A stretch of 62,950 bases of DNA, the filler included, from Chrysochromulina tobinii (lineage: Eukaryota): NCBI GenBank assembly GCA_001275005.1. It is 5 parts of 5 records of this genome, joined end to end, with 100 filler letters (N's around TTAATTAATTAA, not from the genome) between each part and the next. Parts side by side here need not be neighbours in the genome. Positions count along the whole stretch, not along the records: positions 1 to 18,479 come from JWZX01001319.1; 4 more parts are not named here. One strand, 5' to 3'. The position numbers were made by a program, and so were the translations under genes. Within the stretch, counting starts at the first letter, position 1; each line of letters begins with the position of its first letter. The notes beneath the pieces are model-generated. The model made no database searches. It saw only the letters and a program-made list of their open reading frames with translations, and was not told where the DNA came from. Below are positions 1-10,897 of the stretch, one piece after another.

Positions 1-125
1 AGGACATGATCGACCAGGCCGACCGCGACGGCGACGGCGAGATCAACCCCGACGAGTTCTACCGCATCATGAAGAAGCGCGGCGACAACCCGCTCGACGA
101 CCTCCTCGATGACGACAACGATTAG
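1..125 (+). CDS. Centrin/caltractin-like EF-hand protein, 3' end (partial)
   Basis: Frame from 3 reads [40 protein letters not shown]: a canonical EF-hand loop followed by a centrin-like 'EFxRIMKK'. Confidence 0.8.
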   Translation, partial: DMIDQADRDGDGEINPDEFYRIMKKRGDNPLDDLLDDDND

Positions 126-587
126 AGACGTCGCTCGGCCAGCACGGGCTTCTGAAAGGGTGTAAGGGTCGCGGGCGGCGGCTGTACTCTCGCCGTAGGC
201 CCATCGTTAGGATGTACGCATTGTCCTGGTCAATGCGTATGCACGGCAGGTCTCGCGGTCTGTCCACCGGTCGGTGGAGCCGCCACCCGCCTGTGGCTGT
301 GCATAGGAAGGTGTGTGGCTTCCGAAGCCCGGTCTCATACGTCAAAAAACCAGCCGAATGTCATAATGCCCATAGCTATGTTATACCACATGATGGCATG
401 TACCATGAACAAAGTCGATTTTCTGTGTAATACTAATAGCAGGCTGCTCGGGGGTCCGGAGAGCTTGCGCGTTGTGTTCAACAGCATCTGCATGCAAGGT
501 AGACGAGAATGACAAGTTTCGCTCCTTTTTAGGACAGTCCGCGCCCGCCGATGAGAGCCCTTGTGTGCGGCGCCCACCTCTTTTGAC

Positions 588-3500
588 ATGGCTGACTTCG
601 GCGTTTCTGATCACACTCATCTTGGATCGAGAACGAGCAATTTCCGGCGTCCACGCGAGGAGCCGGGCATGACTTCAACACGCGCGTCGGGTACTTCCTC
701 ACCACGCGAGTCTCCTGGTCTTTCTTCGCCACGTGAGGCATTCCCAGATCTTGCCCTCGGCGGCGGCAGGAGCCCCCCTGGAAGAGAGACCTGCATCAAG
801 GTTCCTATTGGCTGTTTCGGGCCGAGACAGGTCCATCTGGACGAGGATGAGAAGCCGGGGCAACGCCGCACAGTCATGTCGTTCCTCGGCCTGCCAGATC
901 TGCCCATCAAACTCGGCGCGGGCGGGCAGGAGCAGCCCAAAGCAGCGCTTCCAAAGCTTTTGTCGAGGCCGATGAGCCCCGAGCTCAAATACACGGCCTT
1001 TGGGCATGCGTTCGTGCCTGCCTCTCCGGCTCGCGGTCGTGGACCCACCAGTCGTGTCGAAGAGCGGCTGGCGATGGCGGCCGCTGCAAGCGCGCGGCGC
1101 TCGGGTCACTCGGGCGCCGCCAGCCCGCAAGAGGGGCCTCGCCCCATGAGTCCCGGGGGTGGGGTAAGCACCCGCCATGGCGCCGCAAGCCCAAATATGG
1201 GAAGTCCAAATATGGGCAGCCCAAATATGGGAAGCCCCCGCCTTGGGAACTCACGTGCGACGTCACCGTCTCCCGATCGCAACGTCACGTGGGACTCAGC
1301 TCCGACGAGGGGGCCGCCGCCGCTGCTGGGGCAGCGTCCGGTTCAGATGCTCTATGAGGAGGAGCCAAGGCTACGCGCGTCCGCCCCGACGTGGTCGAGT
1401 CAATCGAGCAGCCGCTCGGAGCCGTTACTACCGGTACGCACGCTCGAGAGAGGGATGAAGGCGTCGGCCGAGGAAGAGCGCCAAGCCCGAGGGCGACCCG
1501 CCCAGCGAGCCACTTCACCCGAATCGAGGCCGTCCTCCAGGCCAGGTAGCCCTCGAGGTAGCCCATTGCCGTTCGCAAAGTCAGGCCACACGACGCCGGT
1601 CGAGGGGGGGTCGTCTCTAGTCCACATGAGGGCCACGGCGGCGGTCGCGAATGCGAATGCGCGCTGGCTGGCCGCGGCCGCCGCGACCGACATCGCTATG
1701 GGGCAGGCCAAGTCGTCGAACGAGAACCGGAGGAAGTTCAAGAACATCTACGACGAGCAGCGGGTTTCGGACAAGCGGTACAAGTACGAGGTCGCGCTGG
1801 CCGAGGCAGCGGAGCGTGCGGAGACGGTGCAAGAGGCGCAAGTAGACCGTGCTGTGAAGCTTGCGAAGGCCATCGGCCTGTCCCTCCTCAAGGTGCAGCG
1901 GCCACCCAAGGTCAAGTTTGAACTGGGCACACCTCCCTTGTCCAAGCGCAGCGCCAAGGAGAGCTCCAACGAGGCGCGGCGTGTGGAAGGGGTCTCCAAC
2001 TTGGACGAAACTGACGAAACTGACGCGCTTGCGGGAGCGGCACTCGGTACGGCGCTCGGCGACCTTGGCGGAGGGTACGGGGGGAGCTCGGCGCTCCACC
2101 TGATGAAGGCCTCGCTCACGGCCCGCCTGGCCACCTCCGCAGTAGAGCTGGCGGTCACCGAACGCCAGCTCGCCGACGCAGAGCAGGCGTACTCGGCGTC
2201 ATCAGCAGCAGCATCGGCCCCATGCGCCCCTTGCGATTCCACGACTCTCGAAGGGCTCCATGGCCACATCGGAGCCAAGATCCTCTTGCGTGAAGTCGAG
2301 CCCGAGTCTGTGGCCCACTTTCTGAACCGCCAGAATCCAAATGAGCTCCAGCCGAGCCCCGAGGGGTCCAGGCCCGAGGAGAAGTGCGTGGTGCTCTACC
2401 GTCGGCCCGGTGAGAGCTTAGGTCTCCCTCTGATGACGTCTGATGACCTCTGATGACGTCTGATGACCTCTGATGACCTCTAATGACGTCTGATGACGTC
2501 TGATTGCGTCCCTCATCAGGTGAGAGCTTAGGTCTCCGGATCTCGGTGGACCGCGAGGGCGGCCCTCCCATCATCAGTGAGGTGAGCAGGACACCACCAG
2601 CCCCTTCACATGCACATCACCAGCCCCACGCCCCTCTCTCCTTGCCACCCTCGCAACTAACGCCGCACTGAGCACGTCACCTCCCGCTATCCAAAGTGCC
2701 CCTCGCGCCCTCCGTGCCACCGCAGATCCCCTTCCTTCCTCTTACCTTGCTCTCCCCCCCACACTCGCGCTCCCCGCAGGTCACCGCGGGCTCGCCTGCA
2801 GAGGTGAGCGGCCAGATCCATCTCTTCGATCGGCTCCTCGCCATCAACGGCTTCCCGCCCGGCAGCCCAGGAGCCCGGGTCCCAGACCACGAGACGCGCG
2901 TCGAGATTACGATCTTGCCGGCGGATCCTACCGAAGCTGTGGAAGAGCTCGCCGTCGAGACGCTCAGCGTGACACTCGAACGAGAGCCCGACGAAGGCTT
3001 CGGAGTGGGCATGGCGTTTGATGGAGAGGCAGTCATCCTCTCGGCCATCGGTGAGGGCACGCCGGCAATGCGCTGTGGTCTGCTGCGCAAGGGCGATCTT
3101 GTCGTGTCGATCAATGGAGAGCCCGTGATCGCCTCTTCCAACTTTGGGGCGCTCATCGCACAGGAGGCGACTTCGATCTCCCTCGAACTCATGCGCATCG
3201 TCTCGGGCGGCGTGTACGAGCCTGCCGAGCGCGAGGGGGCTGCCGACGAGCAGGCCGCCGATGACGCCCGAGGGGATGCTGGCGCCGTGATGGGCGCACG
3301 TGCACATGCTCCTAGCCCCGCCAGCAGCAGCGGCGTGATGACCACAGGCAATCTCGTCCAATCAGTGGTACAGGCCGTCTTCGGCGAGGATCTTGACAAG
3401 TCCGACGAGGCTCTGGAGGCGGCGTTCGCCCTTGTGGATGTGTCGCCCAAAATGGGCACCCTCGACGCGCACGAGATGCGCGCGTACATCAAGAGCGTCT

Positions 3501-4841
3501 ACAAGAACGGCATCGACGACAAGACGATCGACGAGATGATCTCAAAGGGCGACATGGACAAGGACGGCGAGCTCAGCCTGTCCGAGTTCAAGGTCATCAT
3601 GCGCGCCGGCCCTAAAAAGTCTAGCGGGGCCATCGGCGGCGCCGTCGATGCAGGCGTCGGTGCCACTGTGGATGGCGTCAAGGCTACAAGTAGCTTCTTG
3701 TACTCTGGCCTTGAGAAGACGCTCGAGACGCTGGGCGTGACCGCTGGGTTCCAGGCGGTCTTTGGCGAGGATATCGATCGGTCGGATGCGGGCTTGGAGG
3801 CAGCCTTCGCTTCGGTAGATGCCAACCAGAGCGGCCGGATCGATTCGTCAGAGATGAGGGCGTTCATTCAACGGCTGTACGAGGATGACATGCCACGCCG
3901 AGCGTTAGACAGGACCATCGCCAAGATGATGGCGGCGGCGGACACGAACAAGGACGGCGAGATCGACCTCAACGAGTTCAAGATCATCTTGCGCGCCGGC
4001 CCCAAGGTCTCCGCGGCCGGCAAGGCCGCCATGGCGACGACAGCGGCGGCGGCCCCCGCCAAAGACATCAAGTTGCCCAGCCTCGAGCGCTCCCTTGAGC
4101 ACCAGCTGTCCGAGGCGGCCAAGGTAGAGGAGGCACAGCGGATGTCTGAGCTGGTCTTTGACCAGACGCTGGTGCGGCGCGACATGATGAACGAGTCTCT
4201 CGGAGAGTGGGCTTGATTGCCTCGGATGGCCTCTGATGTGGCCTCTGATGGACTCCCCTCATCAGGTGCGGAACTCGATGGAAGAGTCCCTCGGGTTGGG
4301 ATTGGGCATCGGCGACCATGGCGAGATTGTGGTGATCTCGATTGATCCCGGGTCTCCGGCGGACCGCTGGCCGGTCGCACTCGAGGTGAACGATCACATC
4401 GTCGCCGTTGCTGGCCGTCCCATCTCAGCAGACACCGACTTTGGCGCTCTGCTGGCGATGGAAGGGCTAGAGGTCAGGCTGACCATCAAGCGTCAACTGT
4501 ACAGGGATACAACCGACCCAGCCACCATCCCACCCCAGGGGGAATCGGAGGGCGGTCCCAAGAAGGGGTTTAGACTAGTGACAGAGACCAGGAGGACGCC
4601 CTCCGAGGATGAAGTCTACTCTGAGGACGTCTCCGATGTCCAAGCAGTTGTGGCGGCCACCGGCTGCTCAGGCGAGACCGCCCGCCGAGTGATCGAGGTC
4701 GTTGTTGGATCCGTCGACGACGCGATTGAGCTCGTGACGGAGATGATGCAACCGCCGAAAAAGTCAGCCCGCGGAGGCAGTGGAGCGTGGAGTCCTCTCA
4801 GCGCGGCACGGCGCGTATTCGCAGGCGGAGCCGACTCCTAA
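588..4841 (+). CDS. Multi-PDZ / EF-hand / UBA-like scaffold protein; join(588..2409,2520..2581,2780..4171,4266..4841)
   Basis: Three GT-AG introns keep the frame and rebuild PDZ signatures (RPGESLGLRISVDREGGPPIISE-VTAGSPAE; EPDEGFGVGM...LRKGDLVVSING; MEESLGLGLG...PGSPAD...DHIVAVAG). EF-hand loops include DMDKDGELSLSE, DANQSGRIDSSE and DTNKDGEIDLNE. C-terminus is UBA-like (DVQAVVAATGCS...DDAIEL). Start codon uncertain. Confidence 0.75.
2410..2519 (+). other. Duplication+repeat intron A (GT-AG, 110 nt)
   Basis: First 18 nt GTGAGAGCTTAGGTCTCC are identical to the next exon start (2520..2537); then 8 decamers of TGATGACNTC type; ends CCTCATCAG. Confidence 0.9.
2582..2779 (+). other. Conventional GT-AG intron
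   Basis: GTGAGC...pyrimidine-rich...CCCCGCAG; removal joins PPIISE to VTAGSPAE within a PDZ domain. Confidence 0.8.
4172..4265 (+). other. Duplication+repeat intron B (GT-AG, 94 nt), diverged copy
   Basis: 5' part GTGCGGCGCGACATGATGAACGAGTCTCTCGG resembles the next exon GTGCGGAACTCGATGGAAGAGTCCCTCGG; degenerate TGATGGCCTC units; ends CCCCTCATCAG. Confidence 0.85.
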
Positions 4842-4846
4842 ACCTG

Positions 4847-4950
4847 TGACGAAACATCGACGACCCCATGACGAAACTTTGGTAACCCATGACGAAATCT
4901 TGACGACCACATGACGAAACTTTGGCAGCCGAAGCCATCCGTGACGAAAC
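4847..4950 (+). repeat. Five spaced TGACGAAA(C/T) boxes
   Basis: Boxes start at 4847, 4869, 4890, 4912 and 4942, just after the stop codon at 4841. Confidence 0.75.
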
Positions 4951-5481
4951 CTTGGAGCCCCGAAGCCGTGGCACCGGACTAGCACCGGGCCAGATGAAGG
5001 AGCTCATCAGGAGCGTCATCAGGAGCGCTGCACTGGCGACGTTTGGAGTTGAGCGCTTGGTGCAGGGCAGCCTCGGCGGAGATTCCAAGCGCCGAACCGT
5101 CACGTACGCGCGCCACGCGGCGCGAAGCCCATTTATGCTCCATGCATGCAATGTGCATTGCGATCGTGCGCGAGACCTAATTTGGAATGGGCGCGTGTGT
5201 GACGGCAAGTCGACTGTTGGGATTGAGAAACTGGAGCCTGTACGTACTGGTCCGCACGCGATACGTATCCACGTGCTCGGCTCTACCTCGTCTGGTCTCG
5301 TGGAGATGGGCTGTCGAGTGTCGGGAGAAGAGGACCTGTGTCGTGATTATTGTGGCGGAACCGAAAGCAACTCACAGGAGTAGATGAATTAAGAAAACAT
5401 AAAGACTTTGGAGAATGTAAACTCATGATCTTGTCCACTCTTCGAGCCCACTCTACGCTAATGACTGCTGACACCACTTTT

Positions 5482-7549
5482 TCAGCGACCAATGAACCAC
5501 AGAAGCTTCGATTGACTCGGACTCGGAACGGGCCAATTGCAGGGAACTTCGGCGCATTTGCGATCCTTCCACCAATCGCGCCTGTAGCCCGTCATCACGC
5601 GCAGCTCCTCGGCACGTTGCCAACGGCTCTCGTTCAGTTGGCCTTCTTGCAAGGTCACATTCCAATCGCGCAGCACCGTGGCCAGCAGCCGGCCGCGCAT
5701 GCGTGCATGCGGGCCGTTGTTGTAATAGGCGAGGTTGTCCTTCTCGTCCGGATCGGCGTCGGTGTCGAAGAGCATCTCGTCGATCAGTCGGAGCGGCGGG
5801 ATCGGATCTCGACCCGATCTCGACCCGATCTCGTCGATCAATCCGAGCGCCGCCGGGGCTTTGTCGACGCCGCGGAGAGTGCTAGTGCGGGTGGCGGCGG
5901 CGGCGGCCGCAGCGGCGGCGGCGGGGAGCACTCCAAGGAAAACGGCCGTGTACGCAAACCGAGCTGTGCGCACGTAGAGTTGAACCACCGGACCGACCGT
6001 CGGAGTCTTCGAAAAGCCAGGCGGTTTGCCGTCGTAGGGCTGGTTGAGCATGCAGCAGCTGACGCCGCACGGCAGATGCAGCTCGCTCCGCGCGTAGCGC
6101 CGGCGCCGCCGACGCAACGGCAGCAGTGCCTCGCCCTCGACTGTGACTGCGACCCCGCGGAGGTCATAATGGAGCGGTGGCGAGAGCCAAGCGGCTGGCA
6201 AGAGCGGCGGCGGCAGTGCCGGCGGCACGGTCGGCGGCCAGCGGCCAGAATTGGCAGACTTGGCGGCAGCGGAGGCGGCAAGTTGTTGGTATCCTTCGTC
6301 GTCGGCGACACCATCGACGCGCCTCCTTGCGCCCCACAAATCGAGGATCGTCGGCAAGACATCAAGGCTCTCGACCACGTCATCAACCACGGCCGGTGCG
6401 ACGCCCGGCACAGAGAGGATCAATAGCACGCGCGTCGCGTCCTCATATAGATTGTACTTGGACCAACGCCCGTGTCGACCCAAGGAGTAGCCATGATCGC
6501 CGTGTAACACCACTGCGGTCGTCGTGTCCAGTGAGAGAGCGCCCAGTGCGCCCAGCAGCGCGCCAATGGTACCGTCCACGTGGGTCGCGCACGCGTAGTA
6601 GTCTCCGATCGCGCGTCGTCGCTCCTTTTCGGAAGAGGTCTTCCAAAAGTCAAAGTTGGGCCAAGTCAGCAATGGCGGCAAGCGCTCGGTCGCACGGCTC
6701 GGTGGCGACTCGGCCGCGGCCGGCGAGCCGCGTGGCACCTGGTGAGGGAGGCACTCAGAGCTCATCAGGGGCACTCAGAAGCACTGAGACGCCGTCAGAC
6801 GCCATCAGAGGTCATCAGAGGTCATCAGAGGCCATCAGAGGTCATCAGAGGCCATCAGAGGTCATCAGAGGTCATCAGAGGCCATCCGAGGCCATCAGCC
6901 ACGTACCACCTCAAGGTGGCAAACATGGTTGTTGAACGCATGGGTCTCGACGAGACCTATGCCCAAGTAAAAGCGCCGGCGCGGTGGTGTCGCGAACTCC
7001 ACGAGCCGGCGCAGCGCGACGCGTGCGCGATGCTGGTCGGCGCTCCACGGACTCGGTGGCCGTAGGATGAAAGCTGCGGCGGTGCGCACGGCAGACGACA
7101 GATTGCCCCCATTGCGGCTCTGGCGTGTCGATCGGGAGGTCGAATCCCATGGGGTCGTGATCGCATGCCACGTGGAAGAGCTTGGAGCCCGAGGCGCACG
7201 CAATGACCGCCGTGGGATCGGCCGCCTTGAGAAAATCGGGCAGTGACGGCATGTTCGGCGGCACCCTGGCGTGGTACAGATCGGCGTTTGTGAAGACGCC
7301 CGTCGCTGTTGGCCGGCGGCCCGTCATCGCCGAGGTGCGGCTCGGGTTGCAAATGGGAGCCTGGCAGTACGCTCGTCGGAAGAGGACGCCGCGCTCCGCG
7401 AGACGCGCGATGTTTGGCGTCGCTGGAGTCGCGAAGCCGCTTCTGTTGCCGCTCGCGAGTGGGTTCGAGAAGGCGGGCGAGGCAAGCGTGGAGAAGTCTT
7501 CGAGAGAGATGTGCAGGATGCTCATTGGCGATGGTGGAGCGCCCGCCAT
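5482..7549 (-). CDS. Sulfatase (iduronate-2-sulfatase/choline-sulfatase-like) with one intron (6739..6909) and an apparent frameshift near 7060-7140
   Basis: ILHISLEDF, TPNIARLAERGVLFRRAYCQAPICNPSRTSAMTGR (CxPxR formylglycine motif), FYLGIGLVETH, DYYACATHVDGTIG, HGDHGYSLG, DPDEKDNLA. Confidence 0.85.
6739..6909 (-). other. Duplication+repeat intron C (GT-AG, 171 nt)
   Basis: Starts GTGGTACGTGGCT versus next exon GTGCCACGCGGCT (10/13); long CTCTGATG(A/G)C array; ends CTCCCTCACCAG; splicing keeps the frame. Confidence 0.85.
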
Positions 7550-8040
7550 GGGTTATTTTGTCCCAAGCGCGGCTGTCGGCCCCACCCGCGCCCCGGCGGG
7601 GACGAGGTTCCCAGCGGCGAAAAACATATGCGATGTGAAAGCGCTGTGAACTCATCAACCCTAGGAAGCAACAAGTCTCTGGCCGCCATGCGCCGCATGT
7701 AGATGTCGGTTCTCTTCGACGCGCAATACTGCATTCAACCAAGGCAGGCTATTCTTCACGCACGAAACACGAAACACGAAACAAGTCGGCATGTCACGGC
7801 GTCTCTCACTCCGCATACGCCTCCCAGCCTTTTGATCTCGTCTATGTACATACTCTGACTTCGAGGGGGAAAAATATTGCTCTGACTCCGAGCCGCGCGC
7901 GCGCCGTGTCGCCTTGCAACTCGAAACAGAGACAAGAGTACAATGTCGCGCGGCCCTCGCCCTTGTGAGCCCGCGGCGTGTGTGGCGACAGGCTCGCATA
8001 GAGCCCCAATGCCCCATACTGTCATAGGAAAGACGAAAGT

Positions 8041-8100
8041 GCGCGAGTGCCAGTCCATTAGCGCGAGTGCCAGTCCATTAGCGCGAGTGCCAGTCCATTA
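8041..8100. repeat. Perfect 20-mer tandem x3 (GCGCGAGTGCCAGTCCATTA)
   Basis: Three exact adjacent copies, about 40 nt downstream of the HU stop codon. Confidence 0.9.
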
Positions 8101-8139
8101 GATGATGCGCCACGAATCAGCGCACGCGTCCCATGGCCC

Positions 8140-8743
8140 TCAGTCGCCCATTGGGTTGCGGGCTTTCACGGCATCTTTGAAGCTTTTGCCGAACGTAAAT
8201 GACGGGACGGTGGCCTGATGCACCGCACGCGGTCACGGCAGACGTGAGGGAGAGAGAGCGAGTAAAGGCTCCCGCGTCACGCTGCGTCGGTGCAAGTGGC
8301 GGGTGCGTTCGAAGCTTCGGCGCCAGTCTCACCGCCTCTACGATCATCTTCTCCCCAGTTTTGGGGTTGCGCGCCTCCCGCTTCGGCCGGTCCTTGGACT
8401 GGAAGCTGCCAAAGCCGATGAGCGAAACCTTGTGCCCATCGCACACTGAGTCGACGATGACGTCGAGCGTCGCGGTGAGCACGACTGCGGCAGTCTTCTT
8501 CGAGACGCCGGCCTTCTGTGCGATTGCATCCACCAGTGCCTGTTTGTTCACGCTGGGCACTCGCTCGCTCATCATCGGCAGGCCGCTGCGTTGCCACTGC
8601 TCATGTGCTTGGCGCTGATTTGCGCGTGCGCGCCACAAACTGCTCTCCAAGCCCGATGCGCACGGTCGCACTTGCAGACCCGACGGCGGCAACAGCAGCG
8701 CGTGGGATCCGCACGCAAAGCACAACCACACGGAAGCGCGCAT
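8140..8743 (-). CDS. Bacterial-type HU DNA-binding protein with N-terminal targeting extension; join(8333..8743,8140..8214)
   Basis: VNKQALVDAIA...VSLIGFGSF...REARNPKTGE. A GT-AG intron at 8215..8332 joins MIVEA to ATVPSFTFGKSFKDAVK, completing the HU C-terminus. About 60 aa of signal/transit-like leader precede it. Confidence 0.9.
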
Positions 8744-8790
8744 GAATGGGCCCGCGCTTCGAGTGGCTGCGCGACCCTACGAGCTCCCGT

Positions 8791-8813
8791 AGTCAAGTCA
8801 AGTCAAGTCAAGT
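8791..8813 (-). promoter_or_regulatory. (GACTT)n tract upstream of the HU start codon
   Basis: AGTCAAGTCAAGTCAAGTCAAGT on +; the same motif lies on the sense strand upstream of two other genes. Confidence 0.4.
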
Positions 8814-8962
8814 TCCTCGTCAACATTCACACCGCATGTCGCGGGGCGGTCGTCGTGCGGTTTGCGACGCGAATCGATCAGACAGACTTGTGGATGCAAA
8901 GGAAGTTTCCGATTTTGGACCGATTTCCTGATTCGGGGCGCATATAAGCGTCATCAAGCGCT

Positions 8963-9362
8963 CATGGCGTTCTCCGACTTCACATGGATCGAGCACGTGT
9001 CGACCGCCGTGGGGTTGCCTTGTCCGTCCGTCGCGGAAGAGTTGACAGCACTCTTGGACATGGCCGTTGAACAGGAGCTCAGCTGTGTGGTGAAGCCCCT
9101 TCCACTGCGCAGAGCACCGGGCATTGACAACTCAGTCGACATTGGTGCCGCCCTGCTTTCAACTTTCGGTGCGGAGTTGACCTTCGGTACGCCACCAGGC
9201 GGCGACTTGCTCCGGCATCGTGGCGAGCACACAGACATCGGTAGCAGGAGCGGCGAGATTCGGTGGTCGGAGATGCGTGAGCTGATCGATGAGGACAATG
9301 ACACGAGCGTCGAGTTCACACTTGCAGACCTGCTTTCTTGTCACCAGTCTTCGGAGGTGTGA
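8963..9362 (+). CDS. Hypothetical small protein (start approximate)
   Basis: Open frame MAFSDFTWIEH...SSEV*; no motif recognised. Confidence 0.3.
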
Positions 9363-10238
9363 CCGTGCAACGTGAGCATGTGGTGATGTGCGATAGATAT
9401 GTGATGAGCATGTCCTCATGGCATGTGGTGATGAGCGTCTGGGCGTGAGCATATCATGTGTATGAAAGTCACGAAGTGACAGTGTCGAGTGTCAGTGTCC
9501 GAGTGTGACAGAAAGTCAACATGATGCGCCTCAGTCAGTCAGTCAGTCAATTTCGTCGCGGTCCCCCCCCGCGCTCACCACACCGTCTCATGGCGCCTGC
9601 CGCAGCGCATGGCCATGGGACGACGACTTCTAGGAATTAACCAATGGAAGTCTTCCACATTGCACGCATACAAGCACATACCACAAATCCCATATGCCAT
9701 AAATGTTTTAAATCCCAACAGACCCATTGAGATTGACAAATCCCCTGGACAAATCTGCCTCTCTCTCGCACGGGTTACGGCCTCATTGGCCTCACCCTGT
9801 CTTGCCTCTAGCCTCTTCTTCTCTCTGGCCCCCTAGTTCTGACCACGCCTGCCCATCAACACGCCTCCCATCCTGCGCAACAACCAACATGAATATCTTG
9901 CGCGCTCATGCGGGGTCCGCGGGCGGTCCGCGAGCGGCTGGGGCATCAATTATGGCGTGAAGAAACACGGGACACGACTGCCGTAAACATATGTGAGCGG
10001 CCAGCGGCGATCATAGAGTGACGGGGGCGGGGGTCGACACCCCGGTCATCCATGCGCGGTTGCCGGCTTGCCGCGAGTCCCCATCTTCCCAACCTAGGAA
10101 TCAGGTGGAGTAATAGGCTCGTTAGAAAGAAATCATACCGGTCTCTAGCTAAGGCAAACAGGCCATGCTACAGGTGGACGCTTCAAGTCGATTCACTTCA
10201 TCAACAACAGACAACAGGAAGCCTATCGAATGAACCCG

Positions 10239-10260
10239 TGACTTGACTTGACTTGACTTG
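10239..10260 (+). promoter_or_regulatory. (GACTT)n tract 40 nt upstream of the ATG at 10301
   Basis: TGACTTGACTTGACTTGACTTG. Confidence 0.4.
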
Positions 10261-10300
10261 TTTCTCTTGACGTTGAAGACGGCTCCCTCCTTGGACTGCG

Positions 10301-10897
10301 ATGTCGGATGAGGGCGAGTATGACGAGGACTTCGAGCAGGGCTCGCCCGAGACATCGCCGGGTCGGGGCGGCCGCCGCGCCGTCGCTTACTGGGCCACAC
10401 TGGCCGAAGGCGTCCCGCCTGGGCCGTCGAGCGCAGCAACAGCGGCGCGTCGGTCGCTGTTTGCGCGGCTCGATGTGGATGCGGACGGTTTTGTCACCCT
10501 AGGCGAGCTCGAGCGCGAGCTTCCGGGAGCTCTCGGCGCCGCGGTGCCCTCGACCAAGCTGCCGCCCACCGTCCCGCCCCTCGTGAGCAACGCCTTAGCG
10601 CAGTGGCCAAGGGGATGGCTGATGGTCATCATCGATCATCTGGTCGAGTTGCGCGACTCAGGGTGTACCCTCCCCGAGTTCGATGCGCTGTGTGCGTACT
10701 TGCATGCGGCCTTCACCGTGCTCAGCTGCCTCGAAGTGGCGCCCGACACGGCATCACTGCCAACTCTCGACCCCAAAGAGTGCGAAGCGCTCATCGCCAA
10801 GCTGCCGGCTGCCTTCGGCCTCGAGACGTCGCGAGCGCTTCAGGGGCTCCAGGGTCTGGATGGCTGGGGTCGGCCGGTGTGCGCGGCGAGGCTGTGA
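10301..10897 (+). CDS. EF-hand-like protein, first exon; downstream structure unresolved (possible intron 10877..10914)
   Basis: MSDEGEYDEDFEQ start; RRSLFARLDVDADGFVTLGELE EF-hand loop. Confidence 0.55.
   Translation: MSDEGEYDEDFEQGSPETSPGRGGRRAVAYWATLAEGVPPGPSSAATAARRSLFARLDVDADGFVTLGELERELPGALGAAVPSTKLPPTVPPLVSNALAQWPRGWLMVIIDHLVELRDSGCTLPEFDALCAYLHAAFTVLSCLEVAPDTASLPTLDPKECEALIAKLPAAFGLETSRALQGLQGLDGWGRPVCAARL

Noticed and set aside
2428..2519. CTGATGA / CTGATGAG as a hammerhead ribozyme core
   Set aside because: No stem II followed by GAAA was found on either strand in the copies inspected; the GACGAAAC boxes at 4847-4950 lack an upstream CTGANGA.
4847..4950. CRISPR-like repeat/spacer appearance
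   Set aside because: Repeats are only 9 nt, spacers are 12-21 nt and partly similar to each other, there are no cas genes, and the context is eukaryotic.
6781..6900. Decamer arrays as telomeric repeats or repeat peptides (SEVIRGHQR, LMTSDDL)
   Set aside because: They are not TTAGGG-type and not terminal; they lie inside predicted introns, so the translated repeats are artefacts.
7060..7140. Sulfatase frame change as a regulatory feature
   Set aside because: No convincing intron or slippery site; cannot distinguish sequencing error from pseudogenisation.
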